In this document: in pieces, positions 30,204 to 41,431 of the stretch
How positions within the stretch are numbered: position 1 is the first letter of the stretch
How the letters are laid out: the number at the start of each line of letters is the position of its first letter
Origin: Gracilimonas sp.
GTDB taxonomy: Bacteria > Bacteroidota > Rhodothermia > Balneolales > Balneolaceae
Assembly (NCBI GenBank): GCA_034520725.1
Contig: JAXHNH010000009.1
Location: 7,252 to 71,251, forward strand
Length of the DNA stretch: 64,000 bases
Direction: 5' to 3'
Program-made: the position numbers and the translations under genes
The notes under the pieces: generated by a model
The model's database searches: none
Told to the model about the DNA's origin: nothing
What the model saw: only the letters and a program-made list of their open reading frames with translations

Positions 30204-32335
30204 TAAAATAAATGTGCTGTTTGAAAGGTGATAAATGAAGAGATGTAGGCCAGGCCCGTCATGTAGAATACCATAATAAGCGGCCATTTCCAGGAATTGG
30301 TTTCCCGGCGAACTATAGCGAGGGTACTCATACATTGCATAGCCAGTGCAAAAAAGACCATGAGCGACAGAGCAGTGGCTGTGCTGTACACAGGTTTGCC
30401 GGTTTCTTGGTCCACATCATTTATTAATTTCTGTTTTAAGGTGGTTACTTCTCCGTCATCTCCCTCAATACTGTAAATAGTATTTAAAGTTCCCACCATG
30501 ACTTCACGGGCTGCAAATGAGGTGATCAGGCCAATGCCAATTTTCCAGTCGAACCCGAGAGGTTCAATAACCGGTTCAATAAAATGCCCGAATTTACCCG
30601 CATAACTATTCGTAAGCTGATAAGTCTCTTCGCTTATTTCAGGCGAGCCCGTGGATGAAATGGCAGAAGAATCAGCCATATTCGTTTGTACAGGTAATTC
30701 AGTTTTAGGGAAGGAGGCTAAAAACCAAAGTACAATTGAAATGGCAATAATGATTCTTCCCGCTTCAGAAACAAATACCCAGCCCCTGTCAAAAACGTTA
30801 CGAAATACAGATGACCATTTAGGCATTTTGTAATCAGGAAGTTCCATAATAAACGGACTCTTTTTTCCTTTGATGAGAAACTTGTTCATCACCAGCGCAA
30901 CAAGAACGGCCATTACAATGCCAAAAAAGTACAGGCCAAAAAATGTCAATCCCTGCAGATCGATGTAGCCAATTACTGGGGTTTTTGGGATAAAAGCTGC
31001 AATCAGTAAAGCATAAACCGGCAGTCGGGCCGAGCACGACATGAATGGCAAAACCATAATAGTGATAATTCGGTCGCGCCAGTTTTGAATATTCCTAGTG
31101 GCCATGATGCCGGGAATAGCACAAGCAAATCCAGACATCAGCGGGACAACAGAACGGCCGTGCAATCCAATTTTTGACATGAACCCATTCATCACAAAAG
31201 CGGCCCGGGCCATATACCCGGTACCTTCAAGAATGGATATAAAGAAAAAGAGAATCACAATTTGGGGCAGGAAAATTACTACACCGCCCAAACCGGCTAC
31301 AACACCCTCAACCAGTAATTCTGAAAGCATGCCTTCCGGTAAATTTGCGGATAGCCAGTTTCCCATGCTTATGAAAAACACATCAATCATATCCATGAAA
31401 GGAGTGGCCCAGGTAAAAATTGCTTGAAACATGAGCAAAAGAATAAGCACGAAAGTAACTGGGCCTAATACTTTGTGTGTAGTAATGGCATCAATCCGGT
31501 CAGTGATGGTTACTTTATCCCGATTAGTTCGCTCGATAGCCGATTCCGTACAAGAGCTGATATAATCGTAGCGGTTCATAACTTCAAGCGCAGCAGGATT
31601 TTTACCTGCTTTTATGATGATATCATGTGCCTTTCGGACTATTTCATTAATAAATTCATCATTTTGAGACTCCTCATCCATATTACTTATCAGGCGAAGA
31701 GCTTCAATAGTGTAAACTTTTTGAGGAAGATCGGTATGCGGTTTTATCCACTCATTGGTGACTAAATCTATAGCCTGCTTTAAAGAAGGATCAGGGTACC
31801 ATTGCAGAGGTTTCGGAGCCGTTAATTCTGCCTGTTGAATGGAATCCGTTACTTTTTTGAAGCAGGTCCGGTTCTTAGCCGAGATGGGCACAACGGGAAT
31901 TCCAATTTTTTGCTGAAGGAGCTTAGTATTGATGCTGATACCTTTTGATTTAGCTACATCCATCATATTGAGAACTAAAATAGCTGGAAGGCCGAGATCA
32001 AGAATTTGTGTAGCCAAAAATAAGTTACGGTCCAGGTTGCTGGCATCTGCAATTATCAATACGAGATCAGGCTTTTCCTCGTATTCAAATTCTCCAGTCA
32101 GGGTTTCACGGGTAACCCGTTCATCCAGTTTTTGGCTGTGAAGGCTATATGTGCCGGGAAGATCAATGATGGTATGTTTTTGATCGGCTATCTTTGCAAC
32201 ACCGGCTTTTCGTTCAACGGTAATACCCGGATAGTTTCCGATTTTTTGCTTTAGCCCCGTTAAGCCGTTAAATACGGTAGTTTTTCCAGTGTTAGGGTTG
32301 CCAACTAAAGCAATATTCAGTGATTTAGTATTCAA
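30203..32335 (-). CDS. feoB: Ferrous iron transporter FeoB
   Basis: GNPNTGKT, GNYPGITVE, DLPGTYSL, NMMD, PFMSCSARLPVY, QCMSTL. Confidence 0.97.
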   Translation of the reverse strand: MNTKSLNIALVGNPNTGKTTVFNGLTGLKQKIGNYPGITVERKAGVAKIADQKHTIIDLPGTYSLHSQKLDERVTRETLTGEFEYEEKPDLVLIIADASNLDRNLFLATQILDLGLPAILVLNMMDVAKSKGISINTKLLQQKIGIPVVPISAKNRTCFKKVTDSIQQAELTAPKPLQWYPDPSLKQAIDLVTNEWIKPHTDLPQKVYTIEALRLISNMDEESQNDEFINEIVRKAHDIIIKAGKNPAALEVMNRYDYISSCTESAIERTNRDKVTITDRIDAITTHKVLGPVTFVLILLLMFQAIFTWATPFMDMIDVFFISMGNWLSANLPEGMLSELLVEGVVAGLGGVVIFLPQIVILFFFISILEGTGYMARAAFVMNGFMSKIGLHGRSVVPLMSGFACAIPGIMATRNIQNWRDRIITIMVLPFMSCSARLPVYALLIAAFIPKTPVIGYIDLQGLTFFGLYFFGIVMAVLVALVMNKFLIKGKKSPFIMELPDYKMPKWSSVFRNVFDRGWVFVSEAGRIIIAISIVLWFLASFPKTELPVQTNMADSSAISSTGSPEISEETYQLTNSYAGKFGHFIEPVIEPLGFDWKIGIGLITSFAAREVMVGTLNTIYSIEGDDGEVTTLKQKLINDVDQETGKPVYSTATALSLMVFFALAMQCMSTLAIVRRETNSWKWPLIMVFYMTGLAYISSFITFQTAHLF

Positions 32336-32345
32336 CTATTGACCT

Positions 32346-32567
32346 CTATAATTCAATTTCAATACAACTTGCTTCTTCTTCGCGAAGTGAAAGTGAATAT
32401 CCGCGGATTTTTATTTCCATAGGAAAACCAAGGGGCGCCGTTCGAATTATCTCGATTTCTGAACCTGGTAAGATGCCCATTTGTAAAAGCCGTGGAGCCA
32501 AATCGCCAGTCACATTTTTTACTTTACAATAGTCCGGTTCGTGTTTATCAGATAAGGTTTTAGCCAT
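32346..32567 (-). CDS. feoA: FeoA protein
   Basis: RLLQMGILPGSEIEIIRTAPLGFPMEIKIRGYSLSLR. Confidence 0.92.
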   Translation of the reverse strand: MAKTLSDKHEPDYCKVKNVTGDLAPRLLQMGILPGSEIEIIRTAPLGFPMEIKIRGYSLSLREEEASCIEIEL

Positions 32568-32579
32568 GGAACTATTGTG

Positions 32580-32804
32580 TTATTGCGAGCTGATAAGAAT
32601 AGATTTTGCCAGGTTTTCACTAATGGCGAGCCGTGTTTCTCCAATTTTGAGAATTACACGGGAGTGGTTTGATAATACTTCTCCGGTAACACCTTCCACA
32701 CAACCCAAAGCCTGCAGCTGACAGGTATCTTCCCGGCTGCATCCAAGGCATTGTATAAAAACTCTTTCGCCTTTTTTGGTGCTATTAATTGGCTTCAACA
32801 TCAT
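32580..32804 (-). CDS. feoA: FeoA-like protein (Cys-containing)
   Basis: QLQALGCVEG...VILKIGETRLAI; first gene of the feo operon. Confidence 0.75.
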   Translation of the reverse strand: MMLKPINSTKKGERVFIQCLGCSREDTCQLQALGCVEGVTGEVLSNHSRVILKIGETRLAISENLAKSILISSQ

Positions 32805-32823
32805 CCTATCTCAAAATCATAAC

Positions 32824-32846
32824 TTATTTAAATACATTCTAAATAA
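32824..32846. promoter_or_regulatory. Putative Fur-type iron operator
   Basis: Dyad TTATTTA-AATACATTC-TAAATAA 20 nt upstream of the feo operon. Confidence 0.6.
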
Positions 32847-33191
32847 ACAAATCAAATATGAAAATTTAGTGAAGACATTTTCAACTGTATTCCTAAAACC
32901 TGAGTTCGAATAAATAGGTTTGTATAGTAAGTGAATAGATTAGCTTTAGAGAAACTGCGATCGTCTCCCGAAACTCGGAACAGCGTTCTGCAACAACGCT
33001 AGCACCCCGATTCTCGGGGAGACGCAACGAGGTTGCTTAAAGATCCACCTACCATACTTGCTAATGAATTTTAGAATCAAATCCAGGTATATATGAAAAA
33101 TCTGGTGGTTATTCTGCAGCGTTGGCTCGTATTTACCCCTTAGGGGAAACCGAATTAGTTTCAAAATCAGCTGATTTTCTGGCAAGAATAA

Positions 33192-33215
33192 GATAGCTGC
33201 CTGCGCAGAAATGAC
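33192..33215. repeat. Degenerate REP-like palindrome
   Basis: gatagctgcctgcgcagaaatgac resembles GTCATTCCTGCGCAGGCAGGAATC-type REPs (reverse strand). Confidence 0.4.
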
Positions 33216-33272
33216 TTTAACGATCTTTTTCTTGAGTCGAACTACTGCTGGAAAGATGGTAGTTTTTCTTTT

Positions 33273-33934
33273 TTAAAGTACGGTTTCAGGGAAAACTTCT
33301 TCAAAACCATGCGGAGGTCGGTTAAGTGTCCAGGTTTCGAAATAGAAATGGCGTTCAGTGTTGAACTTCTTTCCATTGATGCTGAAAAAGCGAAAATGGT
33401 CCGGCACTAATTTTTGCAATGGAAAGAACATATCGCGATACACGTTCTTTTTGGAGAATATCTGAAGGTCAAAACCATCTTTTGACAGAACTTTGTAAAT
33501 AACGATATGGCCGTGATCTATGGTTTTCCTTAACGCTTCTTTGTGGTAACCATTATCTGAATCCTTAATAATGTGAAGTTGAGATATATTCTCTGCGAAA
33601 TCTTTCTCTTCAGTAAGTATGATAGTTTCTCCAATATCCAAAGCCTGTATTGCGTCCTTTAGTGAGGGGAATTGGGATTTGTGTGTGAAAATATTTGTCC
33701 CCTTAAAAGCTGTCTCAAGTGCATTGATAAGTTCTTCGTAGGCTGAAAGAACATTTAATCCAAAACGCTCTTCATTCAGGTCGGTTCCGGTAAAGTAGAA
33801 TCTGGAGTAGGTGGGGTCGGTTTCATGAAATCCTGAAGCGAAGAGGCCATTTGTTTTGGGCTTTCAGATGCTTTTCGTTTACTCAGTTTATCAAGTCTCT
33901 GATCGTGATGGAAAATGAGTTTGAAATCTTGCAT
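33273..33934 (-). pseudogene. Hypothetical protein, copy B, frameshifted
   Basis: Aligns over its full length to 28708-29376; single 1-bp deletion near 33818 (cc-gac vs cctgac). Confidence 0.85.
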
Positions 33935-34150
33935 AAATTATTGTTTGAGTTGTGATATTTACAAGGTAGACTAATGAAATTAATGGAGTGCATGAAGAGA
34001 AGTACTTTGTCTAAATTTTATACTCTTTTACTATTTATAACATCCAATTTTTGTTTTGATGACAATTGTGATAACAATTTTTTATTGTTAGCTGTTAAAA
34101 ATGTATAAGTATTTATAACTAGAGACAAAGTAATTTCCAAAAATAGATTT

Positions 34151-37057
34151 ATGGATATTAAGATCGTTGTGAAGCGTGTACTATTGATTATGGATATTTA
34201 GCGTCTACGCCAACGAAGCATTTTCTCAAAACGAAGCAGTTCATATTTCTGGGAGGGTTTTCAGGTACGCGCAAAAGATTGATAGAAGACGCTTCAATAC
34301 AAGTTTTGTCAATTGACTGGATGAACAATCTATAGAGGCATCTCCAACTAGAAAAAACGGTACGTTTGATTTCATTTTACTTACCAAATACCATTTAAAA
34401 TTATTATTACATGCATCATTTCGCCCATATGAAGTAGTTATAAATGAAAGAGAGGAGGGTAGAAATTTAAGCATACCTCTTAGACCAAATATTTTAGGTG
34501 AGGATGTTTTTGTTACGGCTCCTTTAGTGACTAGGGAGGAATTAAAAAAAGAACCAAAACCATTGATAAAATTAGTACAGTAGAGGATTCAACAGCTCGC
34601 TTCATTTGATGTTGAATCATTGGTGTCAACTCTAAGAGAAGTTGATGTTGGGGTTTAAAGTATGACGATGCAGTCGGTAAACACTCGGGGTTTCAATGCA
34701 AGCTGTAACAAACGATTTTTGCAGTTGACTGATGGAATTGATAATCAGGCTCCAGGTTTAAGTTTTCCTATTGGGAACCTTATGGGTTGCCGGATTTAGA
34801 TGTGGCATCAGTCGAAGTACTTCCCGGACCCTCTTCAACACAATATGGATCAAGTGCTTTAAAATGGAGTAATGATCATGACCGGTAGAGATCCATTTGA
34901 GATTCAAATAATTCCACTTCCAAAGCAAAGACCGGTGTAAATGATTTTAACCTAAACGGAAGTACTTTTTTCTTGCTGATGGTAATGGGATGTATAATTT
35001 TCAGGGAAGATACGCTAAGTCATTCGCTGATAAATTTGCAGTTAAAGTTACCGTGTTTTCACGCAGGGAACTCATTGCAATGCCGAAAATTATGATAATA
35101 TTGGTTACGGGCGAATTCTACAAGACACCCTGAGCAGCCCGTTATAATGGGGTAAATGTATATGGTGATGAAAGTTTTGTTTATCAACAAGTATATAGTG
35201 AAGCTGAAGCATATCGGGATCAATTTGGAATGATATAATTCCTCCGGCTCAATATGGTCCGGTTACAAGAACCGGATACCGGGAAGAGAACCTGGTTAAT
35301 TACGATATTGAAACAATACGTGTTGCCGGAAATCTACAATATAAATTTACCGACAACTACCGTTTGAAAATTGGCGGGAAATATGGCCTAACAAATTCTC
35401 TTTATACAGGTGATAGCAACATCGCCTTGAAGAATTTAGTATGTATCAAACGAATGTGGAATTAGCTCTTGAACAGGTTGAATATTTTGGGTTATACAAC
35501 ATGGCAGAATTCCGGGAATTCATATGATGTTACATCTTTGGTTAAGTTCTTGATTCAGGCTGCCAAATCTGATACTGATTGGTATCGTGATTTTAGGGTA
35601 GCTTATGAAAACGGATTTCCGGTATTTGGAGTGCCACCAGGAAATGTTATAGAGGCCAGAAAATTTGCTGACAGTGGCAACACCTTATTGACAGGAAGAG
35701 AGGCGAACCCAAGATACGAGCCGGGTACCCCTGAGTTTCAACAAAAAGTAAATCAAATAATTAATAGCACTGATCCTGTGAAGGGTGCAGCAATACGAGA
35801 CAACTCTCTACTTTATCACCTGCAATCGAATTATGAGTTACCTGAAGTTCTAACAAATACTGATTTTAGCATAGGTGCAAATTTTAGATACTATGATATA
35901 TTTTAGAGGTACAATTTTTCCAGACACGGCAGGAAATGACATTACAAATTATGAATATGGTATGTTCATAAGTATGGAGACAGCCCTACTCAAAGGCGAT
36001 TTAAATATTAATTCAGCCGTTAGATTTGATAAAAATAAAAATTTTGAACCAAGATTAAGTCCTCAAACATCAATGAACTATAACATGAATGAGGATCATT
36101 TTTTTAGATTTTCATTTCAGCACGGGTCCAGATACCCCGGAGTTCGAGAGCAATTTGTGAATAATAATTTAGGTTCGGCCTTACTGCTTGGCGGTTTGTC
36201 AGAAAATCTAGCTCAATATGATTTTCAAGAAAATGCCATTACTCTTGATGCCGTAAATGGATTTAATGAGGCTGTAAGTGAGCGATTAAACGAGTCTCCT
36301 AGTAGTCCCGAGGCCTATAACAGGTTCCAGGCAGAAATTGAAAATCTGCATATTCTTCAGGACGGAATCGTTCAAGCTGATCAGCTACTTAACATAAATC
36401 CAGAGGTTGTAAATACTTTTGAGATCGGATATAAAAGATTATTTACGCCTGAATTATATCTTGACCTTAATTATTATGTAAGTTTTGATAAAGATTTTAT
36501 CGGAGTTACAAGAGAATTGTAAAACCCCGAACAAGTCCCACCGAAGATTTATTGGTGGCTTCAGGCCAAATAAATAGTAGCTTGGAAAGCGAAAAGGTAT
36601 TATGTGTATAGCAATGCAAGGGATCAGTTAATGGTACAGGGAGCATCTTTTGCACTTGATTATATTTCCGGTGGGTTTCTTATGAGTTTAAATGGAAGTT
36701 ATTCGAAGTTATTGCAGAAGTCTCAGATGATTCCCATAACACCTGGTTTTAACACTCCTCCATTTAAGATGAATTTTGAAATGGGGACATCGGGCGATCG
36801 CTGAAAATGTTGGGTTTAAAATGACCTACCGACTTAGAAGTCAATATTATTGGGAAAGCTCGTTTCTTGATGGGCCTATTGATACTTATGGGCACTTTGA
36901 TTTTCAATTTAATGTTGGAATACCAACTGTTCAAAGCACTATTAAATTCGGCGTTACAAATATTGGAATAAAAGAATATTACAATATTTATGGTGGTCCC
37001 TCAATTGGGTCAATATTGTTTGCTACGCTCAACTTTAATCCAAAAATGTTTCAGTAA
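34151..37057 (+). pseudogene. Decayed TonB-dependent receptor
   Basis: Plug motifs across frames (SVNTRGFNAS.NKRFLQLTDGIDNQAPG, VEVLPGPSS.QYG), barrel remnants, C-terminal F; many frameshifts and nonsense codons; visibly AT-rich. Confidence 0.85.
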
Positions 37058-37059
37058 TA

Positions 37060-38539
37060 ATGATGAATGTGAGAAAATACATTATTAGGAATTACGATAG
37101 GCTTAATTTTAATCAGCGGTTGCTCTTATGAATTTCCATCATCAGCTTCTGAAACAGATTTCAATCTTGAAAATGCGAATTTAGAGTCAATGACCATTTT
37201 GGGTAGTTCTATTTCTGCAGGTTTTATGGATGGCGCTTTGTATGGGAATGGACAGAAAGACTCATATGGTTCCTGATTGGCAGAATTGTTAGAGCTAGGA
37301 TTATCTCAAAATATTCATACTCCATTAACTGTAAACAGTGAAAATGGATTTAATACATTTTTAGAGAATAATACCGGTAATGAAGGGAGGTTTTACCTTT
37401 CATTCCAAAGTCCAACCGAAGACTGGCCGGTCGTTTTACTAAAGAAGGAAATCCAATTTCCGATTTCAATGGAGATCTTTCATCTGTAAGTAACTTTAGC
37501 ATACCTGGATTAAAAGTTTATCAGATCGACGATGCCTCATTGCTTTCAGGGAATCGTTATTATGATCGCATAACAGAAAAAGGAGCAAATCAAAGTATAC
37601 TCGATTTAGCATTAAATAATAATCCTTCGATCTTAATACTGTAACCGGAACCGAGGACATTTTTGGTTATGCTATTTCAGGAGCTGTTGGTGATACCTGC
37701 TCCTGCTTCCATTTCAGCTTCAGATATTGATTTGACTTCAAAATCTATATTTGAGCAAGAGTTGAATGATGTAGTGGATAGAATAATGAATGAATCCTCT
37801 GCAGATTTATTTTTATTAAATATTCCTGATCCATTAATTCTGCCATATTTTACAACTATATCTTGGTTCTATTCTTCTGAAGAATGGGAAGATAGTGGTT
37901 CGATAGTGGAATTCTTAGTGGGGTGTATGATTCTTTCAATACCCGAGTTCAAGAATACAATCAGGGTCAGGATTTCAGCGATCGCAGACCACTTATTACA
38001 TTTGATAGTGATGGTGGGCGTAGTTTTAGGGCAAAGGTAATTGAAGATGAATACTTAATTGATGCTACGGATAACCAAGGACAGGAAATACCTAAATGGC
38101 GGCAAATGTCAGACAGAGATTATTTTGCTTACAATGTTGAAAAAATTCACATTGAAAGTCTTGCGAATCCTCCTGTTTTAGGTTCTTATACGCCAATTCA
38201 AGATAGATATGTAAAAAGTAGAGGCGAAGCGGATCTAATTACAGAACGGAGGAATAGTTTTATTCTGACCGATTGCTAGCTATTGCCGGTAACAAACCCG
38301 TGTTCATTTAATAGAGCTTTGATAGCCTTTTAAAGTATTCGAGATCGACTAATAATGTACAATGGGGTGACATATAGTTTTGATTTTGATAATAGGGCAA
38401 TCATACTCTGCCGATGGAATTACACATGAATGCCAGGGGACAAGCTTTATTGGCAAATGAAATCATCAAAGTATTTAACGATACTTTTGCTACAACTATA
38501 GAATCAATCGATGTAATAATCAGAGAGGAACTGAAATAA
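37060..38539 (+). pseudogene. Decayed SGNH/GDSL-like lipoprotein
   Basis: Reconstructed LILISGC lipobox, ILGSSISAGFMDGALY block I, DG.HMNARGQALLANEII block V; multiple lesions. Confidence 0.75.
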
Positions 38540-38561
38540 CGAATCGAGTTCAATCTTCTCT

Positions 38562-39925
38562 TCATTTGAAACCGGTTGTGTGAATTCTGCCAAATAACTC
38601 TTCAGCAAAACCTTCATGCTCCGGTTTCATAAATACACTTCTTAGGATCGTTACATCCTCGGAATCAACTTTGAAATTCGGAGTGAAGTTTAGTGAAAGC
38701 TTTGGCCGGAATCCGATATAAGGAAAGGTAAAAAGACTGTTCCTTCATTCCATGATCAAAGATCTCTTTAGACGTTTCGAAGAGATCTGCTGAAGTAGTT
38801 TATACATCTGAGGGAAAATAGCCCAGGATATCAAGTTCAGGTTTTTTGTAAGAGGTTTAAATTTTGAACTTGAATTGGTCAGTATCATGCATCTTGAGTG
38901 CTGCATTGCGACACTTGGCAAGAATTGGCCCAAATCCATCTTTCTCCTTTCTAATGGGAACAACTGGCAGTGTTGCCCAGAAGCGCTGACAGCCGCTGCT
39001 CCAGCCCTGGAACATTCCAGGCTGATCTCTCCCAGATGGAGATCTTCCGAAGTAAAATAAGTATAAGGAGAGTCATGTTTATAAAACTTTCCAACACGCA
39101 GGATCTTTAAATAGCACACATCCACAACCATAAGGCTGAAGTCCGTGTTTATGTGGATCAACGACGATACTATCGGCGTGTCCTGCATCAAATTCCAGGA
39201 AGTTCCGTCAATTAGTTCAGTATCTTTCAGTGTTCGAAAAAACCTCCGTATGCAGCGTCAATATGGATCCGTATGCCATGCTCGTTGGCCCATGGAAGAA
39301 TCTGATCCAGTGGTTCCACCTCACCAAGTCCGGTAGTGCCTAAGTGTGACCACCATAGTGCCGATCTCGTCTGGATCGACAGCATTCAGGTCAAAGGTTC
39401 CATTCATCTGACACCGGGATCTTGACTCCTTCAACCCTAAGAACAGAGCACATGCGTTCATGCGTATAATGTGCCTGTTCAGAAAACGCGATCTTTTTAT
39501 GTGGATGAGATTCGCGGGCTATCCAAAGGGCCTCAAGGTTCGCAATGGTACCGCTGGCAGTCAGGTGTCCCAGATAAGTATCACCGTAACCAAAAAAACG
39601 AGCCAGTTCAGCAACGGCTTCTTTTTCCATTTCTGAGGATGGTGGCCCGCCATCCAGCGCATGATTATTTGGGTTGATAGACATTGCCATGGCGTAGGCC
39701 GCCCAAGCTAATGGGTGAGGAGGTTTGAGCATCTGTCCGGCATAGGATGGGTGCTCAAAAGGATAATTGCACTTTAAACGCTGAGTCAAATGAGTGAAAA
39801 CTTCATTCGCTTTTTCTTTCTGAAACACTCAGAGACTCGTCGGGCGTCCAATTACCAAATGAATCGATCCATTCGTTAATGGATTGAATACCATTTCGCA
39901 GTGATTTTTCGGAGAGAGTATCCAT
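38562..39925 (-). pseudogene. Group II PLP-dependent decarboxylase pseudogene
   Basis: [32 protein letters not shown] (PLP Lys), SLECSRAG distributed over frames; at least 6 frameshifts/stops; ATG 39925 overlaps the upstream stop. Confidence 0.9.
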
Positions 39926-40800
39926 TAGTACAAGCTAACTGAGATTCCTGCTGAAAGAACCTGCTTTAACTGAATTTCACTGGAAAAATCGTTGTCATAT
40001 CTCAATTCAAACTGAAAGGAAGCACTTATAAGGCTGTTAATTTTTCCAACCAGTTCATTGCCCCACATAACATCTGTTTCATCAATTGGTATCAAAAAGT
40101 TAGTGAAGGTTTCCAGTCCACTCGTATATAGAATATTTTCAAAAACTTCCTTCTCGTAATAAATACCGGTTGTCAAACCACCCTCAGACCTGAAATTATC
40201 ACCCGGGTCAAGTCCATATTGGGGAGCCAGGGCATCTTCTGTGACAAATGTCTGTTTCAACCCAAGACCCGCTTCAAATATTATGGCTGGTGCGGGTTTG
40301 TAAGATAAACCCACGCTTTCAGAAAGATAACCCGGAGCCATAAAGTTAGAGATCAGAATATCAGGATCGCTATCGATTTCACCATATTCAAAACCACGGT
40401 CAAACTGTGTTCTAAAAATAATGGTAGCATAACTTGAAAGAGTACCGTCTTTCCTGAACAGATAATTAAATCTGTTTGTAATAGAGATCAGGTCATCAGT
40501 TTTGCGAACACCATCATCCTTCACTTTGGATTGGCCGTATTTCAGATTGGTTCTGAATCCATAGCTATACAGGCCCTTTCTAAACATCAGTGTGTAAACG
40601 GATGAAGCTGTTCCACTGAGCGTGCTAACACCACCCTGAGACCAGTTGCTATAGGCAGCTTGCGAACCGTTCATATTTGCCACCCATGATTGAGCCCAGC
40701 CACTGAGGGTATCAGGAACAGAGACATTTTGTGCCTTTGCGGTAGCGCTGAATACCAGCATTAAGGCTAGAATGGTAAATTTTTTGATCAATTTATTCAT
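39925..40800 (-). CDS. DUF3078-like outer-membrane beta-barrel protein
   Basis: Signal peptide; SQAAYSNWSQGG; RKTDD; FRTQFDRGF; QLKQVLSAG..LY. Confidence 0.8.
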   Translation of the reverse strand: MNKLIKKFTILALMLVFSATAKAQNVSVPDTLSGWAQSWVANMNGSQAAYSNWSQGGVSTLSGTASSVYTLMFRKGLYSYGFRTNLKYGQSKVKDDGVRKTDDLISITNRFNYLFRKDGTLSSYATIIFRTQFDRGFEYGEIDSDPDILISNFMAPGYLSESVGLSYKPAPAIIFEAGLGLKQTFVTEDALAPQYGLDPGDNFRSEGGLTTGIYYEKEVFENILYTSGLETFTNFLIPIDETDVMWGNELVGKINSLISASFQFELRYDNDFSSEIQLKQVLSAGISVSLY

Positions 40801-40813
40801 GAAATCTTGTAGG

Positions 40814-41308
40814 TTAATTTTTAAAAAGAACAGCTTCTTTTAGTTTCGAATCTTTGAGCATGACTTCAATATGCTCACCTGTTTTGGTCGGCACCGTCAT
40901 ACCGGTAAGGTCTGAGGATAAAGGATATTTTCTATGACCACGATCTATCAAAACGGCGATCTTAATAGATGCGGGATCGTAGATGGAGGCCACAGCAGAG
41001 ACTGCTTCAAACATAGTCTTGCCTGAGAAGATCACGTCATCTACTAGTATGACCTGCTTATCACTACAATCCGGTAATGATGTTCCCGGATTATTATCAG
41101 CTACATTGAAGTTGTGAACTTTCACCTCTTCGTCTATGATCTCAGAGATATTTTCAGCGATTTCGTTAGCCGTTGCCAAACCCCGTTTATTCAAGCCTAT
41201 GATCACTAAATTTTCATTAACGGGCGATTTTTCCAGGATCTGAATTGCCAACCGTTTTAAAGTACGTTCAATTCGCGCCCGATCCATTAAGGTATATTGC
41301 TTGCTCAT
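40814..41308 (-). CDS. pyrR: PyrR-like phosphoribosyltransferase
   Basis: IERTLKRLAIQILE; VILVDDVIFSGKT; VLIDRGHRKYP. Confidence 0.75.
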   Translation of the reverse strand: MSKQYTLMDRARIERTLKRLAIQILEKSPVNENLVIIGLNKRGLATANEIAENISEIIDEEVKVHNFNVADNNPGTSLPDCSDKQVILVDDVIFSGKTMFEAVSAVASIYDPASIKIAVLIDRGHRKYPLSSDLTGMTVPTKTGEHIEVMLKDSKLKEAVLFKN

Positions 41309-41431
41309 AATCTTATTTTAAATTCTAACAAAGGTAATGTTTTCTGTACTTAGTGTTAAAATCATTACCAAAAATAAGCCGAAAAATTGTTACCTTAACA
41401 GTGTTAATCGTAACGTAAATGATGGAGAGAT

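Noticed and set aside
34151-38539. Stop-codon reassignment or selenocysteine readthrough explaining the broken ORFs
   Set aside because: All three stop types plus many indels occur, and neighbouring genes use the standard code.
24044-39925. Prophage or integrative element explaining the duplicated region
   Set aside because: No integrase, transposase, phage genes, att repeats or tRNA target at the boundaries.
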